Assembly: GCA_040954595.2 (NCBI GenBank)
Contig: CM082583.2
Coordinates: 5,950,849 to 6,014,848, forward strand
Length of the DNA stretch: 64,000 nt
Source of the DNA: Balanoglossus misakiensis
Lineage: Eukaryota; Animalia; Hemichordata
Direction: 5' to 3'
Position numbers and translations under genes: made by a program. Shown here piece after piece: positions 13,701 to 23,907 of the stretch; the first letter of the stretch is position 1, and each line of letters begins with the position of its first letter. A model generated the notes under the pieces. The model made no database searches. It was not told the DNA's origin and saw only the letters and a list, made by a program, of their open reading frames with translations.

Positions 13701-14412
13701 GTGAATGATTCCAAACACTTGAAATATCCTTTGGAGGACAAAACACAATAAAATGAAAAATAAACAAACAGATCTGCCCAACTGGAGAGTCTAAGTTGAA
13801 AATTTAGGGAAAAACAAGAGGTCCGGGACTACAAAGGTGCAGGTAACATATATGGCCACTTACAAGTTCGACAAACAGGCAAATTTTAGTTTTTATGAGC
13901 CAATGCTTAGCTTATTTTGTTGTAAAATAAAGTTCCTACATACTCTTCATACGTCTTTTGTTGTCCCTTCTCCACAGTGGCCATCCAAGTTTTAAAATTG
14001 TTCTCGTCGTTTTGATATTTGTCTGCGTGTAACTCCATCAGTTTGGTCACTGTCTTCACACTGATGGATCCTGTCATGTGTGCGTGGAGTTCCTATAGGG
14101 ATAAACTGTGTTACCGCCATCTTAAAAATTTGCAGTGCATTGTGGGTAAAATTAGTTCCGGTTGGGGGGGAGTAGCGTCTACAATCTATCCATTTTCCAG
14201 CGGTTTAGTCAGATTTTCTTCATGTAACTACTACTACTAACGTAACTTGAAGAAAATCTGACAAAACCGCTGGAAAATTGGATAGATTGTAGAAACTACT
14301 CCCCCCCAACCGGAATTAATTTTACCCACAATGCACTGCAAATTTTCAAGATGGCGGTAACACAGTTTATCCCTATATATGACACAGGCACAATTGTTAG
14401 GAGTCTGTTTGG

Positions 14413-14474
<62 letters not shown>

Positions 14475-14956
14475 CCACCACCACCACCCGCGACCATGAT
14501 ACCTGGCCCAAAATGAACCAACGATTTACATGACGAAGTCCCACGACCGGTCGCACCACCGATTTACAGTCGCTCGGAAGAGCCAACACTCCCGGCCAAC
14601 ACTACAGCAACGAAAGTGAATGTACTCAATTCGCCCAAGCTAGTTTCGATCTGCTAGTTGTCCTACCGCTAGCATCGCACTATGCATTAGCGAAGCGAAC
14701 TTGGTCTGGAAATTGAGAGACTATTGTAGCACAGGCTATGTTGTAAGGGGGGGGGGGCTGTGAGTGCTGCCTAGTTAGGCCTGTAGCTGCAATGACTGTA
14801 CAGTAGCGGGTGCTGCTTGCTTGGATGTCGTTCGCATCACTACCGAGACCCAATTCTACATCAGAGATTCAAAGAACAGTATGTGAATTGTGATCTCACC
14901 GCTTTAGGAAGTTTCCTGCAAAACTCAAGCATGTCTGCGTTTGTTTTCGCCGCCAT
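10768..14956 (-). CDS. ADAL: Adenosine deaminase-like protein / N6-methyl-AMP deaminase (MAPDA), 360 aa, 9 exons
   Basis: complement(join(10768..10971,11218..11318,11496..11631,12144..12221,12825..12951,13219..13300,13580..13728,13944..14092,14900..14956)). Motifs LPKAELHAHMTGS, YLELRSTPR, LLLSIDRR, GIDLAGDP, TLHLAEV, PDRVGH, IEICLTSN, TDDKGVF..SLSEEY. All phases consistent. Confidence 0.95.
12330..12529. mobile_element. 200-bp non-autonomous hAT-like MITE in an ADAL intron, containing an internal 2x ~43-bp tandem repeat
   Basis: TIRs agtgtgccctctaa (12331-12344) / ttagagggcacact (12515-12528). 8-bp TSD gagagtgg / gagagggg (7 of 8 match). Internal direct repeat 'ctcaagaaaattatcaacactacatgcaaaggtataaggctgg' x2. 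Confidence 0.75.
14096..14375. mobile_element. 280-bp palindromic (foldback) MITE with TA target-site duplication
   Basis: 14096..~14230 is the near-perfect reverse complement of ~14240..14375 (tagggataaactgtgttaccgccatctt... / ...aagatggcggtaacacagtttatcccta). Flanked by TA at 14094-14095 and 14376-14377. Confidence 0.88.
14413..14488. repeat. (CAT)n/(CAC)n microsatellite in ADAL intron 1
   Basis: Visible; it produces the spurious poly-D/M/I ORFs. Confidence 0.95.
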
Positions 14957-15878
14957 TTTGAAAAGGTCCCCACAACTTACTGAAATATCTCTTTGCAGAA
15001 CCCTTAGCTAATCGTGAATAATCAAGAAGGCATAACAAGTGCGATACCGCGTACTGGGTGCTAAATCGGGGATGGGCCTTCGCACCCCCGGGTCACACCC
15101 CAAGGGACTTTTACTAAGACACGCCACGCCTCTCTGTACGCCTATTTTGTGCCCAACGAGGAAATTGTTAGTGAGGGGGTGGGGTGGTCAGTTGGCTCTG
15201 AATTAGTGTGTGTAGGCCTATATGCTAAAGCACAGACCCTAAATGTGAACGGAGGGGGGGGGGGGGGGGCTGGTGGGGGTCCAATTAGCTCTATATAGAC
15301 CTATTTGGTCAAAATTCTACTTCCAACTTTTTCTCTAGGGCCAGAGAGTGAGAGAGAGATCAAAAGTTTACAGTTGATCAACCTTTCCGCGAGGATTGAG
15401 CGTTGGCGATACATGACCTTGTTATAATGGGCAGGCCGAGTCATTTTTACACCGATGCACACACGGTGTAATTGACAAAATGACGAAGGCTAATAACATG
15501 CATAGAGCAGATTTAGCACTAAAATTTCATCACGGCTCGTCGTTTGAACATATCACTTTAAAAACTAAAGCAGGGAAAAAGCGGTGGTCGGCATGCATCT
15601 TGTTTTTAAGAAAAATAGATTCACCGAAGTCGAATAACTATCATACAAATGAGGCACGCATCATTACCGCGAAACCTTACGAGAAGTTTCACCGGACAAG
15701 ATAAACGGGCATATTTTACGTGCACCATGGTGAAAAAGGAAGGACAGGGTCGAAAAGACACACGCGGCGTTCATTGGTGCGTTGATCACTAGGAAGAGTT
15801 ATAGATAACTTACAAGTTGTGTTCAAGTTTCTGAGAGCTGGACAGAGACACTGAGGGTGGACGAACAGCCTGAGAGGC
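14957..15878. promoter_or_regulatory. Putative shared/divergent promoter region between ADAL and the LDLa-TM gene
   Basis: Head-to-head start codons are ~920 bp apart. A YY1-like CGCCATTTTG overlaps the ADAL ATG. Confidence 0.45.
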
Positions 15879-17636
15879 ATGGCTATCAGGTAAGTCAGTG
15901 TGGGGGGGGGGGCAGAGAGGCGGGTGGGGCGGAAAGGGCACAGTGATGGGTCGCTAAAAGGGATAGGTTATGACGCAGTTGACTGATAACGATATACCGG
16001 AGATTTTGTCTTGTGTTTATCTAAATTCAACATTTTGGATATGCAGGTAGCCATTCACATTGTGTTCTTTACTAACAACGCAAGATTCTATTTTGCAGAA
16101 TTTGCAGTCTGTTCTTTGAAAGGGTCGTGATGAAGACTCGATCCCATCTCTGCTGTGTAGTTTTGGGTTATATTGGTGAGTTGGCCAAATCCATTGATGG
16201 CTTTTTTGTTGACCGTAACTTGCGGAAATTCTGTATTTACTGTTCTGCTAACAAATGGTTTCTGATGATATCGATGGAATATTTCAGAAAATTTTCCGAT
16301 GTACCTTCTTGTTAAAGTTGTAATGTCATTCCCGATTATTAATTATTCCTGCATTCTGATGCATCTCCTTTCCCACAGTGCTCGCGTTATTCCTTAAGCC
16401 GGGAAACTGCGCCGGGAGAGGCGCGTCTCATCATTCAACCTCGCCACGTGAGTGTAGATTTGTCGGATATTGCGACCACCATACCCACCCACATTCTAAA
16501 GTTCATACATCGTTTACATGACCAGTAATTCATTGCAAAGACAAACAGTCACAAAACGATACAGAACTGCACAGACAATTTGCATGTTAATATCACTAAT
16601 TATACTTGTTCATTAATATATATGTTACAAATTTGGGAGGCACTCAGGTAGTAAACTACGTGTACTACTATAGCTACTGCACCAAAACGGAATCTTGTTG
16701 CATGTCTGAAACTACGCTATTCAACACACGTTTTTTTTTCTTTTACTTTGCATCCAGCTTGTGTCGACGCTGTTAATTGGCGGTGTAGCAACTTAAAATG
16801 CTACCTAGCCAATCGGAGATGTCCTAAAAAGAATGCCTGTGGCTATATGTCTGCTGAGAATGACTGTGGTGAGCATATTATGGTTTAGATTTGGAATTTT
16901 TTCGGTTCGGGGAGAAGTCAGAAATTTCATATGCAATGAAAAAAAAGCGAAGAGGCAAATAGTAAAGGTGGAGTTCATTATGACTGATTTTCAAATAATG
17001 TGCTAAAATTGGGTTCGGTTGGTTATTCAGGAAATGCTATTTTCGCCTTGCTTAACTCGTACATACCCACCGGGAATAAAATGGTACGACCCTGTCATTG
17101 TTTTTCTATTTTCAGGGTCCTCTATTGGGCAAAGAAAGCAAATTTTGTGGTTAGTTGTCGCCATAGCATTATCAACAGCTCTTATCGTGTGCGTTGTGGG
17201 GATGTTCAACCTGTACTTCTGCTACTACAAGCAGCAAAGAGTAGCGGAGGCGACAGTCAGCGAGCTCGAGAACAGAGGGGAGGAAAACGCTGTTCCCAGA
17301 CAGGTTGAACTCAACTCTTCCGTGGCATGCAGCGTCCCCCGGGGGAGAGAGGTCGTGGTGCGTACGGTGGCAGTGGTGCGTGACGCCGCGCATCACCAGG
17401 ACCTGAACACGATAACGATTGACGATGCGAACCCGGCGCCGCGACGGTACCTGGCGCTCATGAATAACAACAACCCGCGGGGCGTAGTCACCACCACCCT
17501 GGGCACGGGCGCAAGCGAACCGCCGAACGACATGACGCTGCCGTCAGCAGGGCTGATTTCCACAGAAGAAGTCCAGTTTCCACCAAGAAGATTACCGCCA
17601 ATTAACACCAAGCCAACTCTGCCACCTGTTGTATAG
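15879..17636 (+). CDS. Small type I membrane protein: signal peptide, one degenerate LDL-receptor class A module, TM, Pro/Thr-rich tail (~262 aa)
   Basis: join(15879..15889,16099..16175,16379..16447,16758..16868,17116..17636); phases consistent. The phase 1-1 exon encodes CVDAVNWRCSNLKCYLANRRCPKKNACGYMSAENDC (6-Cys LDLa spacing). TM ILWLVVAIALSTALIVCVVGMFNLYFCYY. AATAAA at ~17899. Confidence 0.78.
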
Positions 17637-18275
17637 ACAACATTGTCGATACATCATCACACGTTTCACCACGCATGCTTACTTGCCTCACTGATTTGTA
17701 CACCCCGGTTTTTTTTCCAAAAGGGACATAGCTTGCTCCCCATGCTGTTGCTTCTACTTTGCAATGTAAGTTTTAGTTTTTTTTTCATACCGGCCATTTA
17801 CTTTTTCAGCACTATTTCCCTTTACTTCGAACTGAGGTTGTAACCCGTTTAGTTTTCCAACGCAGTTTTATGGCCTTTTTCATTTGTACATGTGCCCCAA
17901 TAAAGGACCTCTGTACGTGTTTAAAACGTTGGCTCTTGAATAAATGAAGTCTATGTACCAGAGTGAGACTGGCTTGGGAATTTATTTTTTGTATATTAAG
18001 CTAGGACAAGTTTTTACCAGAAAATTTAAGAATACACCCTTTTCGCACTGATATACAATGTACATGTACGGACAGCATGTTGACCACTGCCCTGACCACG
18101 ACGACTCAATCACAGTGTCCCCTATACATGTATACGTGTGTCTTCGATCGCGTTATCGCCACTTCTCAGTGTACACTTGTAGATAGTGCAAATATGAGAA
18201 TAAACGTCACGGAGAATTTACAAGGGGTCCCGTGCGGTCAAAGGTTGCTCTCGCTCCTCGACTTACACAAGAAGC

Positions 18276-21200
18276 ATGGAAGTGGACGGGGTTTACGCTG
18301 TAATTGGCGAATGTGGCTGGTACCAGTTCATTTCCTATTTCCTAATCTGCGTGTTTGGACAAATCATCTCCGTCTGGCACGTCCTGGGGATCACCTTCCT
18401 CGGGGGCACGCCCTCCCACCACTGTCGAATCCCAGAGGGGTCCCTCCTGAACGAGTCCGTGCCCGCGGACGGCGACAATGGCTACAGCAGTTGCTTGGTG
18501 TACGAGAACTTCACCGCCTCCAGCAACAGCACGGTGGCGTGTACGGATGGCTGGGTGTACGACCCGCCCGACGAAATCACCATCGTCACGGAGGTGAGTA
18601 GTTATTAAATCACGGAGAGGCCGGGTTTGAAGTATTGGATTTAACACGGCATGCACACCTGCGATGACATCATGTCCACGGCGATATATATCAGATCACT
18701 AGCAGACTTTCATGTAGTGCTTCCCTATACATGTAGTCAGTCAGGAATATACTTAATAAATGGACGGGGGTTTAAAGGAAACGTTCTCGCAAAACGACAC
18801 ATACCAACGAAATTAATTGTACTATACGCACACGACCCAAATAATACGTGGCGTACAAGCTTCTGTTTGGTAAAGTTTTCCGTTCACAAAGATGTGCTGT
18901 AAGAGGTCGAGATGTTGTACAATGGGAAGTTTTAATAAATTGAATTGAATGCCGAGATTATGAACTCAGATAACTTCTTCAGCATATATACGCGCACTAT
19001 TGGCGTTACTTTTAGTGTCAAGGCCAATTTTTAGGGCTAATAAAGTCCTTGACTACGGCGTCAGCGTTCTTGGTGGTTCCTTGGCCCACACTTAATTTAC
19101 CGTAGGATGCACGCTGATATTGATCGTTATACATAAGTTTCACGTGTAGCGTCATAATGAGTATCAATCTACCGGTGTTGTAATATCTGTGTGTCTTCCA
19201 AACGTGTGATGCTGCTATAAATTATAGTATTATGAGGTCAGTAACTGCACGTGGCGACATTGTTTTCTTGTTGTACAGTGCCGGCTTGTTTGCCAGTGGT
19301 GCTGTGTATATTACCTTCTTCAATTAACATATCCGCACCGCATACCAATGCAATAAATTACTCGAGAACAATTCAATATCAGGAATTATCTAGTAGCAAC
19401 CATATTCAATCGAACCACAGACCCTGTCTGGACCGACACTCTATTTTGTATTCGTCTTGCACGACTGCCATTCTTTAAGTTGGAGCTTTCTTTTTTGTCT
19501 TGCTCGGGCAGAATACTGAAATGCAACTTAACGTCTGCTGTGTTTTATTTTTATGCGTGCATACAGTGGAGTCTAGTGTGCGAGAAAAGTGCCTACGTTG
19601 ACATATCGCAGGCGATTTTTATGACGGGCGTCATGATCGGCTCGGTGACATTCGGCCAGCTATCGGACATCTTCGGCCGAAAGCCGGTCTGGTTCCTCTC
19701 CCTTTGGACACAGCTGATCGTCGCTGTCGCCGTTGTGTTCACCCAGAACTACTTCTCGTTTACGGCCCTTCGGTTTTTCGTCGGTTTTATCGAACAGGTG
19801 CGTAATATACATTTCAACTTTTGATAGTCCGTTTCAAAGTGTGTTAAACATGCGACCGTACCGGTGGTGGCGCTTGCGAGAAAGGGTAATAAGCTCATGC
19901 TTGTTGGAAATTTGTTTATTACACCTATATAATACTTGATCTCCAGGGTGTTGACATCACGTCCTATGTCATGGTAACCGAGATGTTTACTCCACGCTGG
20001 CGGACCTACGCCGGGATCAACCTGACTCTCTTCTGGGCCACTGGCATCATGCTTCTGCCATTGATGGCGTACTACATCCGGACGTGGAGGTACCTGCAAC
20101 TGGCAATATCTCTGCCGGCCGTCCTGTCGATTCCACTCTGGTGGTAAGTCCGTATGGCTCCCATGTGGTGGTGACGACGGCGACAACAACAACTAAATCA
20201 ATAACAACAAAACAACAGCAGTTGCAGCAACATTCAAGTCTGCAAACAAAGTAAAATAATTCAGTCGGGCGCGTTTTCTTAATTTTCCAATATAAATGGA
20301 CGTTACGTGTACGTGTACTTGCCTATGGATGGGTGACCATGGCAACATGATGAAGCAACAAATCCTCGCAGATGTGAAACAGTTGAGTTCTGAATCACCT
20401 CGGCGTTAAGTTTTGCCTCTTGCGTCCAAATTTTCTTTGTTTTCCGTGGCTCAACAGGTTAATACCGGAATCAATACGATGGCTAGCATCACAGGGAAAG
20501 ATAGCCAGAGCCGAGAAAGCGGCACAGAAGATCGCTAAATACCACCACATCAGCGTCCCCCAAAACATCCTCACCCAGTCCCACGCGGCGAACGGTGACG
20601 CAGCCCAGGCTTGCGTGGTCACCGAAACAGGGATCTCTGCGTCAGATCTCGTTCTAACGGAAGAACTGCCGGAAAAGAAACAAGTGGAAGACAGGGAAGA
20701 GTCTGGAGGTTCTTCGAAAGATGAAAAACGGGACAGAAAATACAACGTGTTAGATCTTTTCAGAACACCGAACCTGAGGAAATTTACTTTGGTGATGATT
20801 TTCGTTTGGTAAGTGAGTGAGTGAGTGAGTGAGTGAGTGAGTGAGTGAGTGAGTGAGTGAGTGAGTGAGTTGTTAACTGGTGTTGTTGTTGTTGTTGTTG
20901 TTGTTGTTGTGAGTAAGTTACATAGTAGCACTTTCTATGATACTCCTCACCCGATCTCGTCCATTCCCTCGACAGGCTTGTGAACAGTCTGGTGTACTAC
21001 GGCTTGTCCTTGAACACAGACCTGTTGGCTGGCAACAAGTACCTGAACTTCTTCCTGAGCGGGGCAGTGGAAATACCGGCCTACATTCTGTCGGCTATCA
21101 TAGTCTCCTAGTGAGTGTTGCAAAGGCTTGTGTTGTTGTTTCTTCCTATTGGCTTCTGTAATTACCATTTGCATTGGTGGGGGTGGGGCACGTCACTATA

Positions 21201-22745
21201 TTGAGGAACAAGACGCACCGCAATACACCAGTGGTTTTGTATGTTGAATTTCTTACACGTAATCATCCGCCTGCGCGTTTGTACATGTATCTGTTTTTTT
21301 TTCAGCTATGGTCGAAGATTACCGCTGTGTATTTTCCACATTATTGGTGGCGTAGCGTGCATCATTACGGCGTTTATTCCCGAGGAAACTTGTAAGTCAC
21401 CAAGGGTTGAAAACATCGCATTACTAATGACTTCGAGAGAATGACCGATGTGATGTGTGACGTGACTGACACCAGCGTCGTTTTCGCCACAAGACCAACA
21501 TGTTTTAGTCTTGTCGATTTGCCGATGCATTGGCAGTGTAATCACACGTAATATGTCACCTGTTTTGGGCATTGAGTATTTGGACAGTGTGCCCTCTATG
21601 GTAGAGGGGCTGTGTCATCTATCATAGAGGGATGGTTTCGGGCATCACTGATGACTTCTCAAGATAGCAATGGTAAAGGCGTCTCATTGTATTATTTATA
21701 CTGAATGGTTGTACGCTTGTCTGTTTATGTCTTTCTTTTGTATTTCAGCCAGTGGCACTGACTTGACAGCTCTCATAATAACCGTAGCAATGATTGGTAA
21801 ATTCGGCATCGCTGGATCCTTCGCCATTGTATTTCTCTACTCCACTGAATTGTTCCCGACAGTCATTAGGTGAGAGTCCGACCAGTTGCATGTACGCACG
21901 CACGCGCGTCGGTTTGGGGATGAATACACAGACACAAAATATAGTAAAGATGCATTTGTAAGAAACTATTTTGATTCACCAACATGAACCTAGTCTAGTA
22001 TGGTCGCAAAAACACAAACAACATGTGTAACACATAAACGAAACCAGAACATCTTCATGCAAAACAATATTCCGTGATTACATAACGGGGTCACCGCATT
22101 GGCATACACGGCTTCCATTTTACACTTGTTGCATAATGATGCAACATTTTTCGAAGTTTCACTTACATTATCGTGCGACGCCTCTGTTTTCGTTTCCAGA
22201 AATCTTGGAGTCGGCGTTTCGTCATTTTCTTCTCGTGTTGGAGGAATCCTCGCACCGCTAACGATGTTCCTGGTAATTCAAATACATGTACATGCTTTCC
22301 TAATGCTAGGGTTCATCCCGTGAACTATTATACACCATAATGAAACGTTTTAGCCATTGCCACTTTGTCTTTACCATAATGATCAATATTATGACGAATT
22401 TGCGGCGAAATTATTCCCGTATAGGCCGGATATCATACAAAACAAGATATCTCCTGTAGTCCAGATCGTAGTCAAGTTCGCATCTGTCAGTCTAGTGACA
22501 TCGCCTGTATTTTTCAACTAACTCCCTCGGTCTGTCTGCCTCTCTGTATGTCCCCTTTCTGGCTCACAACACTCACACGCCGATTTCTTCTTGCATTTTC
22601 ACAGGGTACTCTGCTGCCAGCCCTCCCACTGGTTATATTCGGCGTACTTTCGTCGGCTGCGGGGCTGTTAGTCTTACTACTGCCAGAGACAAAAGGGAAG
22701 AGTCAGCCGCAGGACATTGAAGACGTTGAGAAACCATCCAAGTGA
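18276..22745 (+). CDS. SLC22: SLC22 family organic cation/zwitterion transporter (MFS; N-terminus resembles SLC22A15), ~550 aa, 9 exons
   Basis: join(18276..18593,19567..19797,19947..20143,20458..20808,20976..21110,21306..21391,21749..21869,22200..22272,22605..22745). Motifs [62 protein letters not shown]. The true 3' end is uncertain (see findings). Confidence 0.93.
20812..20910. repeat. (GAGT)n plus (GTT)n microsatellite immediately after a splice donor
   Basis: Visible tandem repeats. Confidence 0.95.
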
Positions 22746-23907
22746 TGAATCCAAATCCTTCATCTTATATATGTTGTGGCAAAAAAGCCCCCCCCCCCCC
22801 CCTGTGACGTACATGCGCATGTATTTCCACTCACATGTTGCCGTGTTTGAAGGGAAACTATCACTGATTGCATGAACACATCATTATAGAATTAACAAAA
22901 CAGAATTTACATGGTTATAAGGTGGTGCACATTGATGTAATTGTAAATAAATGTTTTCAAACAAGTGCATGTTTGCGTTCTTGTCTATTTAGGGTGCTTT
23001 CAACACGACTGTGTGATACGATAACCCATGGCAGCACTTTGCTGTCGTTCGGAAATGCGTGTCCTTTTTGACAGGGGATAACTATTCCGCGAGATAGCTT
23101 GCTATTTTCAAAAATAGGAAATTTATGAGCACGAGCGTGATTGAGCAGCCATTGTGGAGTGTACAACCACCTGTCCACAGCACCTCAAAGCGCCCTCATC
23201 GATAGCCCTGTGGAATATCTGACAGCACTTCACTCACGTGACCGTTAGGTAGGCATCGAGCTTTGTGAACCGTGGCCAACTGTCTATCTGTACTGTGCGC
23301 TCGTTCCTCCAGTCGATGTAATCATCGGAAGTTTTATAACGATGTACGGGATTAAGACCTGGAAGATCCTAAGTTGACAGTGGGTATGTTGTTCTATTGG
23401 GTGTTTCAAGCTTTCTGTCAGCTCATAGTTTTAGTGTTACGTTATAACCAGTTTTCATCCATGCTTGACCTCAAGATGATGTTAATCATTAACTGCACTG
23501 GCCCCATTTGTGCATGCTGTATATTGTACAGAGGATTAGAAGCATTCAACAACCATTGATTTATTTGGTTCTCTGTCTGAAAAATCTGTTCAGGAATATA
23601 ACGACACCAACTAAAGGAAACGATGTGTCCACTTAGCTGTTCTTTGTGTCTTGACCGACTTTGTGCGTCTTATATGGAAATGACGATGGGCACACACTTG
23701 AAACGACGCGAATAACTATTCTTCGCTTTTGTACACATTAACCAAATACAGGCGTGGTTTTACGGGCCAATGTGTATTCTGCTAATTATCGTCCAGGAGC
23801 AGTCTGTTTTCTTCGGTTATCATAATTAATAGCCATCACTACTCGTATTGTATATTTCACCTTGTTCTTCAAGAGTCAATGAAACGAAGAAGAAAGAGAG
23901 ACAGCCG

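Noticed and set aside
14237-14589. ORFs with poly-D, poly-M and poly-I runs
   Set aside because: Translations of a (CAT)n microsatellite plus the MITE in ADAL intron 1.
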